From an uncultured bacterium (GTDB lineage: Bacteria > Omnitrophota > Omnitrophia > Omnitrophales > Abzuiibacteriaceae), in contig CAYLXA010000007.1 in the NCBI GenBank assembly GCA_964387845.1, positions 1 through 64,000 of the forward strand: DNA of 64,000 bases, read 5' to 3'. Shown in pieces: positions 61,093-64,000 of the stretch; within the stretch, counting starts at the first letter, position 1, and each line of letters starts with the position of its first letter. A model generated the notes under the pieces. It did not search any database and was not told the DNA's origin. It worked only from the letters and a program-made list of their open reading frames with translations. A program made the position numbers and the translations under genes.

Positions 61093-62412
61093 TTACAGCA
61101 AAGTTCCGCGCAAAAGAAGTGCCGCAACGCTAAAGTAAATAACAATGCCGAAAACGTCTACCAGCGTCGCCACAAACGGCGCGGATGCGCTTGCGGGATC
61201 AAAATTGAGCCGTCTTAATATAAAAGGAAGCATGGAACCGACGACGGTTCCCCACATTACAACACCGATCAGGCTGATTGAAACGACAGATGCGATCAAA
61301 AGGTATTGCTCACCATAGACATGAAAAATCGCTTCCCAGGCAACGATTCTGATGAATCCAATCACCGCTAAAAGAGCACCGAGGCCGAGGCCCATGCCGA
61401 ATTCACGGTAAATAATGCGCCACCAATCTTTCAAATGAACTTCGCCGAGCGCCATCGCGCGGATGATCAAAGTTGTGGCCTGTGAGCCTGAATTTCCACC
61501 GCTTGAAATAATGAGCGGAACAAACAGCATTAAAATCACAGCTTTCGCAATCTCCGCTTCATAATGCGCCATGACACTCGCCGTCAACATTTCGCCCACA
61601 AATAAAATCGCAAGCCAAACCGAACGTTTTTTGAGCATCGTAAAGAAATTGATTTGCAGGTACGGCTTTTGCAGCGCTTCCATACCGCCCAACTTTTGGA
61701 TATCTTCGGTGGCTTCGGTCTGAACGGCATGCAGCACGTCATCGGCGGTGATAATGCCTTTGATCCTGCTCTCTTTATCCACCACCGGCAGTGCCAGAAA
61801 TTTATATTGCGCAAAAAGGCGGCCCACATGTTCCCGGTCTTCTTCTTCCGAAACAGTCACCATGTCTGCCTTCATGATCTCGGAAACCTTTTTGTCATGA
61901 GGTGCCCGGAAAAGATCATGAAAAGAGATAACGCCCAAAAGATGCTGTGCATCGTCACACACAAAAACGTAATAAATACCTTCCGGGCGTTCCTGGGCTT
62001 GCAGTCTGAGATAACGGATCGCTTCATCGACTGTGACTTCCGGCCGGATGCGGGCAAACCGGGGGTTCATGAGGCCGCCCGCAACATCGTGTTTATAGGA
62101 AAGTAAGGCTTTCACTTCCGTTTGCGTCCGTTCGTCTAAAAGCTCGAGCAGCATCATGTTCATCGGCTCGGGCGCTTCTTGAATCAGGTCCGCGGCATCA
62201 TCCGGTGGCAGAAGACGCATCCAAAGCCTTCGTTCACCTTCTTTTAAATCCATGATAATAGCCATTCGAGCTCGGACTGAAAGTGTGAGGAAAAATTCTT
62301 GCGCTGATTCACGATCTAGCATACAGAATGCTTCTGTGCGTTCGTCACGCGAAAGCACATCCCACATTTGCCGGATTTCTTCAAGTGTCAGCAGATCTTC
62401 AGCAGTCGCCAT
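61093..62412 (-). CDS. mgtE: magnesium transporter MgtE
   Basis: An N domain, tandem CBS domains and a five-TM MgtE domain are present. Confidence 0.9.
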   Translation of the reverse strand: MATAEDLLTLEEIRQMWDVLSRDERTEAFCMLDRESAQEFFLTLSVRARMAIIMDLKEGERRLWMRLLPPDDAADLIQEAPEPMNMMLLELLDERTQTEVKALLSYKHDVAGGLMNPRFARIRPEVTVDEAIRYLRLQAQERPEGIYYVFVCDDAQHLLGVISFHDLFRAPHDKKVSEIMKADMVTVSEEEDREHVGRLFAQYKFLALPVVDKESRIKGIITADDVLHAVQTEATEDIQKLGGMEALQKPYLQINFFTMLKKRSVWLAILFVGEMLTASVMAHYEAEIAKAVILMLFVPLIISSGGNSGSQATTLIIRAMALGEVHLKDWWRIIYREFGMGLGLGALLAVIGFIRIVAWEAIFHVYGEQYLLIASVVSISLIGVVMWGTVVGSMLPFILRRLNFDPASASAPFVATLVDVFGIVIYFSVAALLLRGTLL

Positions 62413-62467
62413 TAATATTCCAATCCTTCTAATTTGCCGTAAATTCTACGGTAGATCGGTATCTTCA

Positions 62468-63568
62468 TCAACGGATTTTCACAACCGCTTGTCCAAGTGC
62501 CGGATTTTCAATTAAGTTCTCGTAATGAAAAAAAGCACAGCCGCGGCCGCCTGCGGCGTGGCACAATTCCGTCTGCCTGGCAAAATCTTGCGGAACATTC
62601 AGAAGTTCATAAGCACCGATTCCGATATTAACCTTCCTGAAATCTGTAACGCGCAAGCGCGCATCCTCGATTTGCTTGCGGAACGCCTCCGGCTCGCGCT
62701 TGTAACTCATGATCGTCACAAAATCAATGAGCCCGCTTTCAATCCAATGCGGCCAATCCTGGAAAGCTTCATGATACGCGCGAATATAAGACATGCAACC
62801 TGTTGTGGATACTTGAATGCCCGGACGGATGGAGCGGGCTTTTTGAATTAATTCCGTAAGCAATTCCGTTACTTGTGTGCGCTTCCAGTTTTGCCAAGTC
62901 TCGCTTTTCTCCTCAATCACTTGAATGCCCGTTGCCTTCTTGAACCGTTCAACATTAACTTTTGTAAATCCATAATGCGGATTTTGATCCGGATAGCGGA
63001 TGTAATCAAATTGAATTCCGTCTAAAGCCGGATAAGTTTGAACTATCTCACCCACGATTTTCACAAGCTCTTCCCTGACTCTAGGATCGCCGGGTTCTAG
63101 AAAATATTGGTTATCGATTTTGTAATCTTGAATGGTTCTTTTGTCCTGAAGATTTTTTGTCAAGACGTCGGGGCCGTATTTCTGAAGAAGCGGCGCATTT
63201 TCATTAGCACTCAGGCTGAGCAGATTCAGCCAAGCATGGACTTCGATTCCTTTTTGATGCGCTTTTTGAATCAAAAGCCGGAACGGATCTTCGCCGACAT
63301 TTTTGAAGGCTTGATGATAGAGAGCGGAATCTGCCGCTTCGAACGGAAAATAGGATTTACCCGCACGGTAGATCTGGACAAAGAGAGTTTTGATTTGTTT
63401 TTGCTCGGCAAATTCAACCAATTCGGTGATTTCCCGGGCATCGGAAAGCGGAAAAGGATCTTGGATCATGGATATAAATAAGCTGCGCTCAACTGATAAT
63501 TCTGATTTTACGTCAGTGGGAAATATAGAGAGCAAGCATACCAGAATCAGCAATATCCCTTTTTTCAT
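62468..63568 (-). CDS. secreted glycoside hydrolase-like protein (GHL10/DUF187, YngK-like)
   Basis: It has a signal peptide and a TIM-barrel-like family pattern (TLFVQIYRAG..., VHAWLNLLS). Confidence 0.5.
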   Translation of the reverse strand: MKKGILLILVCLLSIFPTDVKSELSVERSLFISMIQDPFPLSDAREITELVEFAEQKQIKTLFVQIYRAGKSYFPFEAADSALYHQAFKNVGEDPFRLLIQKAHQKGIEVHAWLNLLSLSANENAPLLQKYGPDVLTKNLQDKRTIQDYKIDNQYFLEPGDPRVREELVKIVGEIVQTYPALDGIQFDYIRYPDQNPHYGFTKVNVERFKKATGIQVIEEKSETWQNWKRTQVTELLTELIQKARSIRPGIQVSTTGCMSYIRAYHEAFQDWPHWIESGLIDFVTIMSYKREPEAFRKQIEDARLRVTDFRKVNIGIGAYELLNVPQDFARQTELCHAAGGRGCAFFHYENLIENPALGQAVVKIR

Positions 63569-63578
63569 AGTAATCTAA

Positions 63579-64000
63579 TTATCGGATGGATTTTACGTCT
63601 CTGTAACGGAAGCAATCCGTTAAATGGTCGTTCACCATTCCCGCCGCTTGCATGTAAGCGTAGCAAATGGTAGAGCCCACGAAGGTAAAGCCGCGCTTTT
63701 TGAGGTCAATGCTCATCGCGTCGGATTCTTTGGTTTTGGCAGGAACTTGCTTGAAGGATTTCCAGCGGTTTTGCAGTGTTTTGTAATTCGTAAAGCGCCA
63801 GATATATTTATCAAAAGAACCGAATTCTTTTTGGACTTCTAGAAATGCTTTGGCATTTTTAACAGAGCCCCAGATTTTCAGCCGGTTGCGGATGATTCCT
63901 TCGTTTTTCATCAAAGCTTGAAGCTTTTGATTCTTAAATTTCGCAATGGCTTGAGGATTGAAATTGCTAAACGCTTTCCTGAAATTCTCGCGCTTGTGCA
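63579..64000 (-). CDS. tag: DNA-3-methyladenine glycosylase I (partial, N-terminus beyond window end)
   Basis: IIRNRLKIWGSVKNAKAFL...KKRGFTFVGSTICYAYMQAAGMVNDH is Tag-like. The reading frame stays open upstream of 63914 to the window edge. Confidence 0.8.
   Translation of the reverse strand, partial: HKRENFRKAFSNFNPQAIAKFKNQKLQALMKNEGIIRNRLKIWGSVKNAKAFLEVQKEFGSFDKYIWRFTNYKTLQNRWKSFKQVPAKTKESDAMSIDLKKRGFTFVGSTICYAYMQAAGMVNDHLTDCFRYRDVKSIR

Overview
The window looks like ordinary chromosomal backbone from a moderate-GC bacterium, probably a Gram-negative or FCB-like or candidate-phylum lineage. There are no CRISPR arrays, transposases or prophage genes. About 60 kb is transcribed co-directionally on the minus strand. 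Only tRNA-Pro, a CYTH gene and a Rieske gene sit on the plus strand.

Content in order:
- (i) A signal-peptide-rich four-gene operon: a TolB-like beta-propeller, an Ig-like (FlgD-type) protein, a beta-helix/Ig protein, and the N-terminus of an RHS/YD-repeat protein that runs off the window start. Every junction is an ATGA stop/start overlap.
- (ii) tRNA-Pro(TGG).
- (iii) A complete-looking type II secretion (T2SS) locus: GspC-like, secretin GspD, GspF, an embedded MA-clan zinc-peptidase-like gene, the GspH/I/J/K minor pseudopilins, GspL-like, GspM-like and the GspE ATPase.
- (iv) The cell-shape cluster mreBCD-mrdA-rodA.
- (v) aroA, then two tandem paralogous small secreted coiled-coil proteins, nrdR, and glyA-rpiB-(Sua5/YrdC fused to LMW-PTP).
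- (vi) A nine-gene purine operon in the order purB-purC-purS-purQ-purL-purF-purM-purD-purE.
- (vii) sodC, tRNA-Glu, xerD, ligA and an NlpC/P60 peptidase.
- (viii) A polyphosphate cluster: SixA-like, CYTH, LemA, ppk1, ppx and a ROK glucokinase.
- (ix) A BtuF-like protein, a GTP-PEPCK, a thioredoxin-like protein, a TPR-metzincin, an acyl-CoA dehydrogenase, a Rieske protein, an EVE-domain protein, mgtE, a GHL10-like hydrolase and a partial tag.

Most worth a second look:
- The split beta-propeller/Ig/beta-helix/RHS operon right next to the T2SS.
- A secretin carrying an unusual C-terminal TonB_C-like domain.
- A metallopeptidase-like gene embedded in the T2SS operon.
- A three-copy, roughly 75-bp AT-rich palindromic intergenic repeat family.
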